Source of the DNA: Sphaeroforma arctica JP610
Taxonomy: Eukaryota
Reading direction: 5' to 3'
DNA length: 33,326 nt
NCBI RefSeq assembly: GCF_001186125.1
Contig: NW_014040044.1
Coordinates: 31,363 to 64,688, forward strand
The notes beneath the pieces are model-generated. The model made no database searches, was not told the origin of the DNA, and was given only the letters and a program-made list of their open reading frames with translations. This document shows positions 1 through 13,200 of this stretch, in pieces. Positions within the stretch are counted from its first letter, which is position 1. The number at the start of each line of letters is the position of its first letter. Made by a program: the position numbers and the translations under genes.

Positions 1-319
1 CTCGACTATTCCTCTCCTTTTCTCTAGCCTGGTACACTACGCGTGCTTCAGTTTGCGCGCGCGACGGGGGGGGTGGGGGGTTGGAATACCCTAAATTTGA
101 TAAATATTGGTTTATATTATTGTGTAGGATCTGTAAAATTGGGTTATCCTATAACTTATAATGATCGAAAAAGCACATGAAGTTTGAGTTTAAAATACAT
201 GAAAGTTTGAGTTCATGTATTATTATTCGGATTTTAATAAATGAACAACGTGTCCCCTTGTAAGGGGAGAGTACGTTTAGATACAGTTATCTACGACGTA
301 CCACAGTACACTTTTTCAG

Positions 320-2990
320 AATGCTGTTTGGGTTGTGGAAGGCATCATGGAGGATGTAGCAGGTTCTGGAGGGACTGTTTCTGTTGCGGTTAGCGGTTAT
401 GTAGTCGTGAAGCTGTCGTTATGTTGTGCTAGTTGGAAGAGTTCGTCCGTTTTGTTCAAGCAACGGAAGAGGTAGTCGCCGAAAACGGTGTGGGGCCCCT
501 GAATAGAACCGTTATCAAAGGTGTCTCTTTGATATCTTTTATGCTGCGGAGCCATCGCTTATGCTTGATGGACCGGGAGTGGAGGCACGGGCTCGATTTC
601 CGTTAAATGTTCATGAGTGGTTCGTGGACCGATATGAGGATCATCGGTTGGTACGAGCAGTGTACCGGGTCGGCCACCTTGCGGACTATGATGCGGCATT
701 CGAGCATCTCACGGCTGGTGGCGTCGTAGTTCTCTTGGGCATCTTAGCTGATAGAAAGACCGACGGGTAGAGGTTAGAGATACCCAGGTCACGGGGCGGT
801 TCCGGAATTTCGTGCATATTTAGAAGGGCTTGCTCCGGTCGGATCCTGTCTTTCAAGGGTTTCTGTAGTGTGAGATTATATGGGTATATCAGTTCGTCGG
901 TATGAGCCAATGCCTGCGGTCTTGTCAACCGAGATTCTGTAGCAGGTCTAGTGCATGGGCGGCATGGGCCGGTCCACAGCAGCCTTCACCTGTTCCAGGA
1001 ATATGGAGGGTCTGTGGAAGAAGCTACACAACGGTGAGTACTGTCCGTACGAGCTTCAGGCGGAGCTGGTCGGGGCACAGCTACTACTTTGTGATGTCCG
1101 AGAGCTCGCGGCTGTGCTGAACACACCGGGAGGTCAGTCGCTTTGGTCGTCATGGCTGATACTATAGCGTCTTGGGCTGACAAAATCTTTGGTGTTGTTG
1201 ATGGTTGGACCGCTGGTGTCACGGTTGGTGTATGTGTGTCAGCGGCTAACTTAGGAACGTCCGAGAATGCCGAGAGCAAAACTGGGCTACCCTTATCTGT
1301 TGCATTGTTACAGCGTGGGGCGAATTGTTTATTCGCCGTACACGGAAGGAGCGCTAGTCATGGCACCTGGAGATGAGGAGGTACTGGTGGTAGGTTGAAA
1401 CTACGTATTACCAACCAATTGCTGCTCCGCTTCCTATTCCGGCGCGTCCGGTGGTGGAATCTAGACAAAAAAAAGCCCACACCGATTCCTCTGTTGCTAG
1501 TGTCCGGTGTTGCGACTAGTTGCTGGTGTGGCAGCGGGTGGTATAGGCGTATGCGTAGGCCTACCGCTGAGAACAAGTACGCATGTACAATCTCATGTAC
1601 TACTTCCCACTTAACACCGCGCCTTTGCGTGTTAAGTCGGAGAGCGCTGCACCAGGAGAAGACAGTCAGGAGACTGATAAGTTCCTGACTGTTGATGGAT
1701 GCTGGTCAATCAAACAAGGCTTGCGCTCGTTTGAACAAAATCGTAGAAGCGTTACGGATGTTCTCGCGCCCGAAGAAGATAATCGCACAAACCATGAGAA
1801 ATGGTCATTGGCCCTTGCGGGGCTGCAAATGGATGCCCTTCACTATGCATATCCGGACATTCCTAAAGATGTCGTTCCAGTGGTAGTCAAGTGCTTACAG
1901 GATTGTCTGGACAGCCTTTTTGAAGGTCGCCAGATTCCCGTCGTCTAAGTACGCCTTGAAAATCTTATGGCGGAATTTGGTATTCATGTAGTGCTGCATA
2001 TCGTAGCACCCGTTCTCGACGTCCTCCATGAGGCAACGTAGTTGATAAAACCGACCGTCCGCTGTGGTGAACGTGAGGTAACCGCGCGTGTCCGGGTGTA
2101 CAAGTAATTGATGATATTAATAGCGTTGCGTGAATACTCGACCATACCCGCTTCAATGGGGAGCTGGTATGGGAATCTGTAAAGCCAGCGGTTAATGGGC
2201 ACGTAGTTGTTGGTCATTCTGTAGTGGTCGACGCAGGTGGGCTTTACCTCAGCGTCCTTCTGAACGATTTGCACAGAACTAATTCATTGGCTAAACTTGC
2301 TTCCTCAGCTTTGCCGTCTGTGTAGCTTTGTGTCTCAACCGCCTGGAGGACCGGATCCCGTGCGCGGCATATCCGTCGGATTGGCTGCCCCCCCTTCTCG
2401 AGTAGGAGTTTGACTAGGACATCGTTAGTATAACGCGGGCGTCGTGGATCGTATCGAGCCACGTTCAGGCGATCTTTCAACGTTTGGAACTCGTTGGGAC
2501 TTTTGGATCTAAGCAAACCTGTTCAAGTGCCGAAAGTCACACTCGTCGGTAAGCTTCTCGTTCTGAGGCCCATAGGCCGGTGGGAGGTAAATCTTGGCGA
2601 GCTGTTCCACGGCTTGGGGAATGAGAAATCCAACAGAAACTTCACCTTAGGTACGTTAAGCTGGAACTGTGGTGGGGATGTTGACTGGTCCCAGCAAATA
2701 CCAACGAGGGTTTCCTGGAGATGGTCGAATCCAAAGAGTGCTTCACATCCTCGAGAAAATATACTGGCTTGGTTCAATAGAGTATTGGAGTACCATTCGG
2801 AGCCCTAACATATCGAACGAATATAGAAGTAACTTGCGATGGCTGAGATTGACTTGTCCGTTACCTCCGAAGTCCTGTAAATAAATCCGTAAAACAACTT
2901 GTACTTGAAAGTCCAGTCGTTCAAAAAATGACGTAAATAACATTGCTGGAATAGATCCAGTTGACATAGACTAGCACATCTGCCTGTTCG
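320..2990 (-). mobile_element. Degenerate Ty3/gypsy-type (Metaviridae-like) pol remnant: probable protease, reverse transcriptase and RNase H; stops and frameshifts; no integrase seen
   Basis: Minus-strand translation shows RT motifs in the expected order: IVQKDAEVKPTCVDHYRMTN (~2270-2210, like LVxKKDG..RxCVDYRxLN), KIFKAYLDDG (YLDD at 1951-1940), KGIHLQPRK, IFFGRE..ALFD*PASINSQELISLL. The connection region and RNase H start follow (GVKWEVVHE..LYHP..PDTSNRGIGVGF, ~1620-1465). The RNase H second half is LYPSVFLSAK, AQENYDATSREML, VHEPL, KRWL and GPHTVFGDYLFR (~775-460). Weak protease-like traces: STGS at ~2960 and ALFGFDHL at ~2740. Boundaries are approximate and no LTR was identified. Confidence 0.85.
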
Positions 2991-4353
2991 CATACAGTAG
3001 AGACCATCGGACCCATCTATTCATCCTTATGTATCATGCTCCGCCTGTTGCCTCTTCATTGGGTTCTGTCTCAAGCACCTCATCTGTGTCAGTTGTATGT
3101 AGATCATATGCTATGTCTGGTAGCAAAGGGGCGGTTGCGGGGACACATCCCCTGTTTCGTTTTGTAGGACTGGGCTGCTAGGGCTGCCTGCAGGTGTGGC
3201 AGATAAGGCAGAGCTTGTTCAAATGCCGTAGCTTTATTGTGGCCGTTGCTGGAAAGACATAGTCCGCGAAGAGAACTGTCTCTGTGTACAACGGCATTGC
3301 CCTGCGATGATATGTACGAACTCATCATTATGTGAACTACACATCAGTCCTGAAACAACCTACGAAACAGCACGAGTGTTTGCCTCGACCAATATGCATA
3401 CGAAGAGTTTTCGCGTTGGTCCATTAAGACTCTTTCTTGCAGTAGATATAAGTAGGCACCGGCATATTGCCTGCATTTTTGCGTTCTGTAAAGTGGTCTG
3501 TTCTGACCTTGTCAGCCTGACGGACCATCTCATTAAAGGTGTTCACAATACTAGTGAACTATGCGTGTAAATAATTCAAAACCTTCCGAGTTTTCAACTT
3601 GACAACAGTACTTTATTGACACATGTGTTTGCTTCTTTACGCTAACACCAGTCCAGATCTTTTACACACGCGCTCGACAAAATTTGGGATGAAACTGGTA
3701 CATAAATTGTAAAATTGAATATGCTATTTATTTTGAGCCAAAATTTATATTGTATGTGTGCCTATGGACGTAAGGCTCATAGCGTAAACGTACTCCGTTT
3801 TAACCTTTCCGAAATGATTTCAAACGTAATTACGCTTTACGTTATGAACACTTCTGAAAAAAAACAAAACAAAATTTGTGTCAAAAGTCCAAAAGCCCGC
3901 CAGAATACGGATGGTTCTCGTTAAAGTTCGGTACATGTCGGTGTGCCCTTTCATTAGTCACTGGCTCACCGGCGACATCAGTCACCGTTCTGCAGTTTGC
4001 ATAGACCAACCAGCAGGGCCCAAACCGTTTGTATTGTAAAGCAATACACCTTGACTGTCTCTGCAGTGTACAGTTCTACACTAACACTATAAATTTTGAA
4101 AAAAAAAGTAAATAAATCGTGGGCTTTTTAGGCTGTAGGATTTACGCTCACCATATTGATGATATCTATAGATACACATTCACAGCCCGATGTTTTCTGG
4201 CTCTGGCTCTAGCTTACACCGAAGTATTCTACGATTACATGAGAGAGTCGTATAATAGGTTGTAACGAACAATATTCAGGATCTTGTTTCAGTAAAATAT
4301 GGGTGCCATATATGTATATATATAACTTCGTAGGGTTCGAATAATTAACCGCT

Positions 4354-7300
4354 ATGGACGACACTACAGTAGTCAATCTTGCGCCTGACTATGGGCCTCC
4401 GGCCAGCTCGAATACGGCCGATGATCACGTGCATACAGAGTCTGCGGCTGACAGTCCAACAAAGACACAAAAAAGACCGGCAATCGATCACTTAGATAAG
4501 GATGTCGCTTCCAAAGTACCTCGTTCGGACCCAGCGTCTAATCACAAATCACCAGCACAAAGTACTAATGTTGGCGAGCACACCCCAGATACTAATATTT
4601 CTGACAATCTAAATGATACGGGAATGAATGATCATGATACTACGGATCCTCCCGAGTTGCAGGATAACAACCTTGAGCCGAACCCCTTTACAAACAACGT
4701 AGCCAGCCCTGTGGCTGCAACTGCAAGCGAAACTCAACCAAGCACAGGGGATATTGTAGGTCCTGATGAGATAGGTGTATTAAGAAAAGTAATAGAATCT
4801 CAGGTTAATGGAGTGCCACACAGTGTAGATCATGATAGAGTCGATACCATGGATGTGAGAGTACCTCAGGTGACTGTATTAGCCGAGGGACCACAGCATG
4901 ATAGTAACAATGATAATGTAGGTGTTTCCGCGGATGGGAGTGAATTGGATCAGATGTCTAATACCCCGCACTCTGCAGGGAGTGATACTGACGAAGAATC
5001 TCGGGGAAATATATTGGAGCAGAGTATAGAACATGACAATGCAGATGCAGACGCGGAGGAGAGTATAGTAGACCAGATATCCGCGGAGCAACAGTCTGTA
5101 AGGAGTGATACGGAAGGGGGCTGTACGTCCCAACAAGAGCCGCGGTCACCGCAGCAAGAATCAGATCGGATTACAGAGGAGAGTGGGGGTGCGCATGAAG
5201 TCCATGAGAATGGGACCGAGTCACATGATGTAGATTATATAGGTCCAGGCTTGCAACTGAACGGGCAGGTGTTGCCGACAACGCACGTGGCGCATGAGGG
5301 TATAGTGTTTGAATCTCCGGGACCGCTCAGCGCAGGGGTTGACCCAGTGCTTGGGTCGAGTAAAGGCACATACATATTATCTGCAGAGTACACCCAGGTG
5401 AACGAACTTGGATATCTGAACTCGCCCAAATTCTTTCACTCGGGGTCACAGACAGCCAGACAGTCGCAAAGTGCGATAGAGCAGTTATCTGCAGATGCCA
5501 CAAAAATCAACACAGTGGGTACAGGCGCGAGCATGCACACAGAAACAGGCATAAACTTGTCCGGACCAGGCGTTGGCCCACAGCTACTGTCGCATACTCC
5601 AGGCCATCGCAACGGCACGAATATAAACACACACACGCACGGAACATACGAACCTAGTGGGGCACAAGAGTATGTCCGCGAGGATGCACAGCCACACAGC
5701 GGCATTCACTTACACGAACAGGACTCCGCACACACACACATAGAGTATGGGGCGAGCGAGAAGCCCTACTTAGAACCGCTAACCCTCACAGACACATACA
5801 CAACACTACACACCACACAGGCACCCGCATACATGCACATACACGAACCTATGCCCGGGCCCACAAACTCGTTTGACGACGTGAACGCGCACTACTACGT
5901 TGACGACAACACGCCCAAGAGCCAATTGGTCGATATGCTCCATGGCCTCAATACAGTCGGCACCAGAGACGAGCTGCTAGCCCGTGTGCTCAGGTTACAG
6001 CGGAATGAGCTGGAGCCGGGGGATTTACTAGTAGACTATACTGCGTTGGCGAGTAAGGGTCGATCGGCCGCGATCAAGGTGGCCAGGGCGATGGGACTGG
6101 ATGTGGAGAAGATGGCGCTCTCTCTGAATGATATAGTGGACTTGTTGTTCACCACACACCACAAGAATCTGTCGGACGCGCATCAGCACACACTCGCGCT
6201 GCATAGGAACTGGAGCACCGCGGAAGGGGTGTCTGCGAAGGAGTACAATTGGAAATGGACGCAGAAGTATATTGACAGGTATGTACTGTACACGTGTGCG
6301 GTGGCTGTACTATACACTTGATACTGTACACGTATGTGGTGGCTGTACTATACACTTGATACTGTACACGTGTGTGGTGGCTGTACTATACATCCGATGC
6401 TGCACACGTGTGTGGGGGCGCATTTGGAATGATTGCGTTCTGGGACGCAAAATGTTTGTCATATTGGCATGAGAATTGCCTCCCAAATCCCGTAGCGATT
6501 TTCGCGCTTCCATAAACATATATAATTTAGTACTACCCACTCACAATTTCAATATGTGTGTATTGGCTGTGCGGCTATAGGTTGAGACAGACCACTGTGG
6601 CATTTTCAGCCGTGTTGCAATTATAAGTACGGCAGCTTAGCAGCCCAGGCATCTTAACACATCGACGAGGCTAAATGGATTCTTTCCTTGTCTGTACGGT
6701 GTACCAATGCTCATATTATACCCCAATTATCCTATACTCCCCACAGCACCCGTCCAGAAAAGTCACGAGGCCAGGCCCAATCAACCGATGCTGACCTGTG
6801 GTCCGATGCCGATCTGCACCGGTTACCCACCAAGGATATTCGCGTTATGCTCGAAGGCTTGAATACCTTCGGGAGCAAAGAGGAATTGGTAGAGCGAGTA
6901 GACCGGGCCAAACGGGACGAATTGATCATGGACGATATATTCGTGGACTTCAATCTCTATGCGGCGCAGGGGAACACGGACAAGGTGTTTAGTAGAGCCC
7001 GCCTGATGGGCGTATTTGCGGGCGTGGAGGACGTGAAGCAGTTGACTACGCCTGAGGTTGTGCGTATGATGTTTGAACACCAGCATGCGAATATCACGCT
7101 CAGAGACCACGAGCGTTTGGCCGAGTTTCGGGGCTGGAATGCAGATGATGACGACGATGCCAAGCGCTTCAACAAGAAATGGACGGAGGTGCACTGTTTG
7201 AAGGGTGTTAAATTGCGTGAGCGTAGACCTGTAGGCAAACCCACCTTGCACGATCAGGGACCTGATACTACAGGAACAGGTGCAACCACAAACGGGTTCG

Positions 7301-9438
7301 CACAGGCACACGCTACTGAGTACGCACATGCGACCCACATATCGGACCGGCATTCAGGAGAGGGCTCGAATGGTTTGGATTCAAGAACTGGTCTAGCTCA
7401 AGGGTCCTACCATAGTTCGACGCATGGGGGTGACACTCATATGCAGGGGCATAGATCGAACACCATGCCTTTCGCAACGGCAAATCGCAGGGATGGGCGG
7501 GATGACCGAAGCTCGAACACACATATGAGCGATGGGGACGGGCTACCTATGCTGAGCACAGCGGGGCTTTCGCGAGACAGTATGCCGAGTCGAGGACATG
7601 CACACACAGATATGTCCAACCCTGATGGCCTCAAGGCACACACGAGGGGGATGTTTTCCGAACCACAGATACCGCTAGTGGTCGATCCCTACCAATTGGG
7701 CGCCTCGCTGCGAACCCAAGATGGCGAGAGTGTGCACAAGCTCTCTAAGGCGCGTATACGGCAGTTGCTGACGGGCTACAACACCAGCGGGAACAAGGAA
7801 GAGTTGGTGGCACGGCTGGGGCGAGCGATGACCAACCAGCTTCACCCGCATGACGTGTTCGTGGACTATACCACCATCGCGCACAAGTCCAAAACCGTAG
7901 CCAAGGCGATCGCTAATGAGCTGGGTCTGTGCACTGTGGACAAGTCCGGGGGCCCCATGACGGTCCCGGCTATTATCGACCTGCTCTTTGACCACCAGTA
8001 CATGGTTATGAAGGACGAGGATCACGTGAAGCTGGCGGCATACCGGGGCTGGTCTGCTGAGAATGCGGCGGGCGAGAGTGCGCAACAATACAACCGCAGA
8101 GTTACCCGCGAGTATGTGGAGGGCACACGGCTAAAGACCTGTCGCAAGGAGAGCCGATCCGACATTGAGCCGTTGGCGCCACCGTCCCCCAGCACGAAGT
8201 TTGTGGATTATACGTCAAATGCGTACCAGAAACTGTCTAAAACGGAGTTGTGCGAGTTGGCTGTCAAGATGGGTCTGGACGAGACCATAGTAGGCCGGAA
8301 AACCAAGAAACCCAAGACGGCGGAGCTGATTGATTTCTTATTCAAACGCCAACAAGAACTGCACTCGGACGCGAAACATGAGAGCATAGCGCTGACGCGA
8401 GGGTGGACAGAGGCCCACGCTGATGAACTGAGTGCCAGGGAATTCAATGACAAATGGGTGAGCAAGTACGTGGAATTATCGCGTATGCCGAAGGATAGTC
8501 TCAACCGGCTGGCGTGCACCGCGCTGCCGGACGCGCGAGACCTCACCACCAGACAGAAGCAGCACGCACTCGCCAACCACTATGCACTGGAGCGCGAGAC
8601 TAGCCTGACACCGGTCAACACGCTACGAGAGTTGTTGAAGGGCCTGAACATCTTTGGCGAGCGAGAAGAACTCGTGCTGCGGCTGGACAGGGCCAACCGC
8701 AATTGTCTGGAAGTGGACGATGTGTTCTTTGATTTCTGCTGTCTCACGTCCCAGCCCAAAGCTATGGCGGTGGAGATGGCGAAGGTTGTCGGGGTCAGTG
8801 TGGAAGTACGGGGGAGGAGCCTGACCCTGCCACAGATCATTGACGCGCTATTTCGGCAACAGCAAGACGATACAAGCGATGAACACCACGTTGTATTGGC
8901 TACCCACCGCGGTTGGTCACCCGAAACGCACCCGGAACAGGACGCGCGCGAGTTTAACGAGGGTGTCTTAAACGAGCACATCTCGGCAAACAAGGTCAAA
9001 ACCTTTGCCCGTGAGCGGGGCAACCCCACGGTTGTAGACTCCTTCGGGTTTGTGGACTATACGTCGGCCACGTACACGAAGCTGTCCAAGCCGGAACTGA
9101 CCGAGCTGGCACAGAGCAAGGGCCTGGAGGTGGTTGGCGAGGATGGGAAGAAGCTCAAGACCGTGGAGATCATAGACCTCCTGTTTGCGGCGCAGCATCA
9201 GGAGCTGAGCGATAGCTGTCACACGCAGATCGCCATTAGTCGCGGGTGGACGGCTGAGAGTGGCATGGAGGCGATCGAGTTTAACCGGCGGTGGACACAG
9301 CACTATGTGATGTACGCGCGAATGGCGCGGGGTGACTTTACCGCTCACTTTATGCAGGTTTTGCCACATCTCGAGAATCTGGCGCTGAAACCGCGCCAGT
9401 ACGCGCTGGCAACGCACGACGCGCTGGAGTGCGATTAA
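4354..9438 (+). CDS. Two-exon ~1538-aa protein (exons 4354-6278 and 6747-9438): acidic disordered N-terminus plus six tandem SAP/HeH-like 'RGW' repeat modules; putative nucleic-acid or chromatin binding
   Basis: Two long ORFs join through a phase-2 intron (GAC AG|gtatgt at 6279, ccccacag|C at 6746), giving KWTQKYIDSTRP, which completes the first module like the others. Modules start at about 5902, 6817, 7735, 8197, 8599 and 9046. SAP-like signature GLNT.G.KEELV.RL in four of them. Confidence 0.85.
6285..6393. repeat. 38-bp tandem repeat (~3 copies) at the start of the intron
   Basis: Unit tactgtacacgtgtgtggtggctgtactatacacttga begins a few bases after the GT donor at 6279. Confidence 0.9.
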
Positions 9439-9695
9439 AGCAGATGGCAGATGCTGGCACATATATCATACATACACTACACACGCAACACAAGACAGTG
9501 GCCATTGTCAGCGTACCACGCGCTGGATTGAGACTGAAGCAGATTTACATATGAACAGCAACGAATTGTTTACCCCTTATGCTGAGATGGAGATTCTGGC
9601 AGTGAAGCCGCGGCAGTACACCCTGGTAAACCAAGATGCCTTGAGGGACGATTGAGGCGGATATCGGAATGACGCACACGTATATCATACACACT
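9373..9695 (+). repeat. Diverged duplications of the last codons, stop and proximal 3' UTR of the repeat-module gene
   Basis: 9373-9478 (ENLALKPRQYALATHDALECD*) aligns with 9590-9695 (EILAVKPRQYTLVNQDALRDD*), including the downstream tatatcatac motif. A more decayed partial copy lies at ~9493-9545. Confidence 0.8.
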
Positions 9696-10285
9696 TTGTG
9701 TACACGGCGAAGAACTTAAACCCCTTTATCTAGAGGTTGACAGCACACACAGCACACTGACGCGTTCGAATACGCTTGGGAATTGTGAAACACCCTGTAT
9801 ATGTACGGAAATATCAGCCATTCCCGACAGAGTACAATCAGATTAAGAAGACAATATCTCCATGTACATATAGATCAGCACACAAAACATACACAACGGA
9901 GGGTACGACCCTTTTTTTTCTGGGGTCGAGGTCTACGAGTGGAGTGGTCAGATGTGTGCGTATGGAATATTGTTTATCCCCGACAGAGCATATGCAGAGC
10001 GCCATATCACATAGATGAATCATTCAGTACGACAACAGACTTCAGATGTTACATACGTATTTAATTAAAGTGCACATGTGGTGAGTGAGCGCTGGTCAGC
10101 TCCTTACCGCCAGGTATTTTCACCATGTGGCCTATACAATTGTAATCTTTGCATACGATTTGGCATCTCCATCGGTCCATAAAAGCCCACAGTCGGCCCA
10201 AGTTAAACTGGATATTTATTTTTATGATCATTTATGTACTACATATTTGTTAGCAATCAATACCGAACCTCCAGCGTATCGGAAC

Positions 10286-13200
10286 TCACGACTGTCCGGC
10301 GATATCCAGCCGTTCCCGCAGTGAAAGCTTGCCATACATCGAATCATCCTCACTGTCTGATGACTGCCCCTCCAGCACAACCGTAGGACCCCTCTGGTCG
10401 CCCCGCTCTGCCGCAGTCGTGCGACAATTCCTACCGCCGCTGACATTGAGACCAGGGGATTTACTACTACTCGGAGTCTCGTGATTGAGGTTCTGTTGTT
10501 GGTTAGTGATGTTCTGTTGTTGATTGGTGATGTTCTGTTGTTGGTTGGTGATGTCCTGTTCGTCGGTATTAAGCTTTCGTGACGCTATCAGTACTGGGGA
10601 GTGCCGTGTTTGGCTCACAGGCGCGTCTACATTCAGCGCTACGTATGTCCGTAGGCGCGGTGTCTTCGCCGGTGACTTTGCCTGCTGACTTGGGTCTGTC
10701 AGTACATCCATCTGTGCGTGTGAACTTGCTCGTGCATCCGTACGACTGGACGGGTGTGTGCGTGTATTCAAACGCCCATGTCGAGGTGACTGTGGTCCAT
10801 ACATATATTTAGGTGCGTGTGAGTCCCCTTTCTGGTTATATAAATGTACCTCCTTCTTGCCATCGAGCTGGCGCCGCGAGCGAGTGGGTGATAACGGGCT
10901 GTTCGACACATATGCAAATACACTCCTAATCCCCGCAGATGCCGTGCTTTTCGGCCGGCGCACCACATCTGTATCCGAATCGGAACTATCAATAACTATA
11001 GGTTCTTTCTTGTTGCTCACGAGTCTGTGTTTCCTACTGGGTGCGGCACCAACACTATCCACAGCCTTGTCCGCTCTGGGGTGCGCAGGTGCCTCAGAGT
11101 GTGCGTCTCTGTGCTTCAGCCTCCGTTTGGCACCGTGCCCCCCGGGCGATACACACGGCCGTACAGCCGAACCCACCACACTCATGGGAAGCCGTATGCG
11201 CGTGCTATGTGCTCGCGCACACGGTGACTCGGAATCCGCTCTGATATCCACACTTTTATTCCCCTCCCTAGATTTATCCGCAGCCGTACCTGTGCCTGTA
11301 TACCTACTACCCTCCCTATTTCTATTTCCAGATATGTCTGTGCCTGCATACCTACTACACTCTCTATTCCTATCTCCAGATGTGTTTGTGCTTGGAGACA
11401 ACGCCTGTGGGCTTCTCTCAGCTTCGTTCGCAGGCGACCCACTATCATATATATTCCTCACCGCGCCTGTGAGTGTGAGGTCACAGGGTGTGTGCGACAT
11501 CTGCCGCTGGGTGCCAAACGCAAACGGTGGCGAGTGGCTTGGCACAGGCGCATGGTCTGTATCTATGGTAACATTCTCTCTCTGCGCTCGGGCTACGGCA
11601 CTACCGGAACGGACCGATGTGAGTGAATCTCTATGCCGGCTCCCCAAGGAAGTACGAGAATCTATCTCTGGGAGCAACTCTACATCCACAGTCACACCCG
11701 ACTGCGAGTTGGTGTTGGTGTTGGTGTTGGTGTTTATGCTTGTGCTTGTGCTTGCGCTCCTGCGCGTTTCCGTCTTGGGGTGCGCATTGGGACTGCCGCG
11801 TGCGTTGACAAGGGTGGTACTGCGAGGGTTTACCGTCGCACTCAATACATCGTTTATACTGTTCCTGTTAGATGTGTCCGATGTGGTGGTGGTAGTATCT
11901 CTGCGCGTGCATGTATGTGTACTGGGTCGTGTGTTCGTATCAGCTTCTATGCCAGTGTTGATACTTTGATACAGATTGGCAAACGAAGTGTCACTCCGTG
12001 ACGTTGGAAAAAGATCCACAGCACTACGTGGTCGTCGTTGTGTGGCCTTCGCACCGTCTTTTCTTCTTTGAGTCTGTAATCTCTGCAGAAGCGGCTGTAG
12101 GAATATCAAATGGGTCAGAACGAGACGGCGTCAGAGATATTTGAGTGAATCAGCAAGCGGTTGGATGTGTTGCATGTGCGAAGAAAGAGTGTGAGGAGCG
12201 CAAGTGTATGCAAAACTATACACCACCATTAACAGTACGAAGACGATGTGGGAGTGGAGGTACTGTGCATGGAAGCGCGTCTTAGTGTCGCGACTTGGCA
12301 ATTGGCAAAGGGTTAAGTAGACACTACAGACGGCACACCCGTGTCCGCCATGGTAGCAACAACCGTGAGATGAATAAATATAGAGAAGATGGTTTTACTT
12401 CTATGTTCTTGTTGTAAAACGCGGACGACGAAGGCATATGCTCGTCATTCAATAAACTAGGTTTATTTGTCTCGATATTGTGTGGGTTTCGTATGTTGCG
12501 ATGGGCAGCAGCGCATGAGTACAGTTCTGATTATGATGCAACTGTGATAACGTTGTTATGTAGCCCCATGTAGTCTAGTGAACACGTGATGCTTACACGA
12601 CAAATACAGCTCAGCTTATATGTAAAAGCTATAAACGTGCACGCCAATGTCACGCCAAAAATAAAAACTCCTCGACATCAACGCCAGTAAATCTCACATC
12701 CAGAGAGATTGACCGGTGTATGATCTCGAAAGGTGTTTACAAAACATCGAGAACACGGCACATTCAGATCGACCAAACTTTTTCCGCCTACACACCTTCG
12801 GGGAGCTGAGATCCAGCTCGTCAAAAATGCCAGAGATATGGGGGGTGGCATCTATGTCAATCACAGCCCCCGAGGCATGGCGCACATCGGTGTCTGTTTC
12901 TGTTGGGTGATTGCGTTTCGGCGGAGTTTCAACCGTTTCGTCGGCTGCTTTTTTCCTGCGCCCTTTCCTCTTGCTATACATTCGGTATTCGTGGTAAGAG
13001 TGTACATGATGGCATATAATCTGCAGGTCATAGATATTTTGGATGGGGAACGGAACACTTATCCCATCACTGGTGGGCCGTGTTGGAGTGATAGAAACTG
13101 AGGACGACACCACAAACCTTAGAAACATCGTTAAGAAATTTGAGAAGGTTTATATATTCCTATCGATAGAAACTTTGCGATAGCACTCAGTAAGGACTAT

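Noticed and set aside
1583..1948. 121-aa plus-strand ORF and neighbouring short ORFs in 561-2900
   Set aside because: Antisense to the decayed RT/RNase H, which explains the region.
3104..3328. Possible gag or zinc-knuckle remnant upstream of pol
   Set aside because: Position fits, but no CCHC motif is preserved, so it cannot be supported.
10758..11969. 403-aa plus-strand ORF
   Set aside because: Antisense shadow of the low-complexity minus-strand exon; no recognisable motifs, and the minus strand splices in phase to the RING exons.
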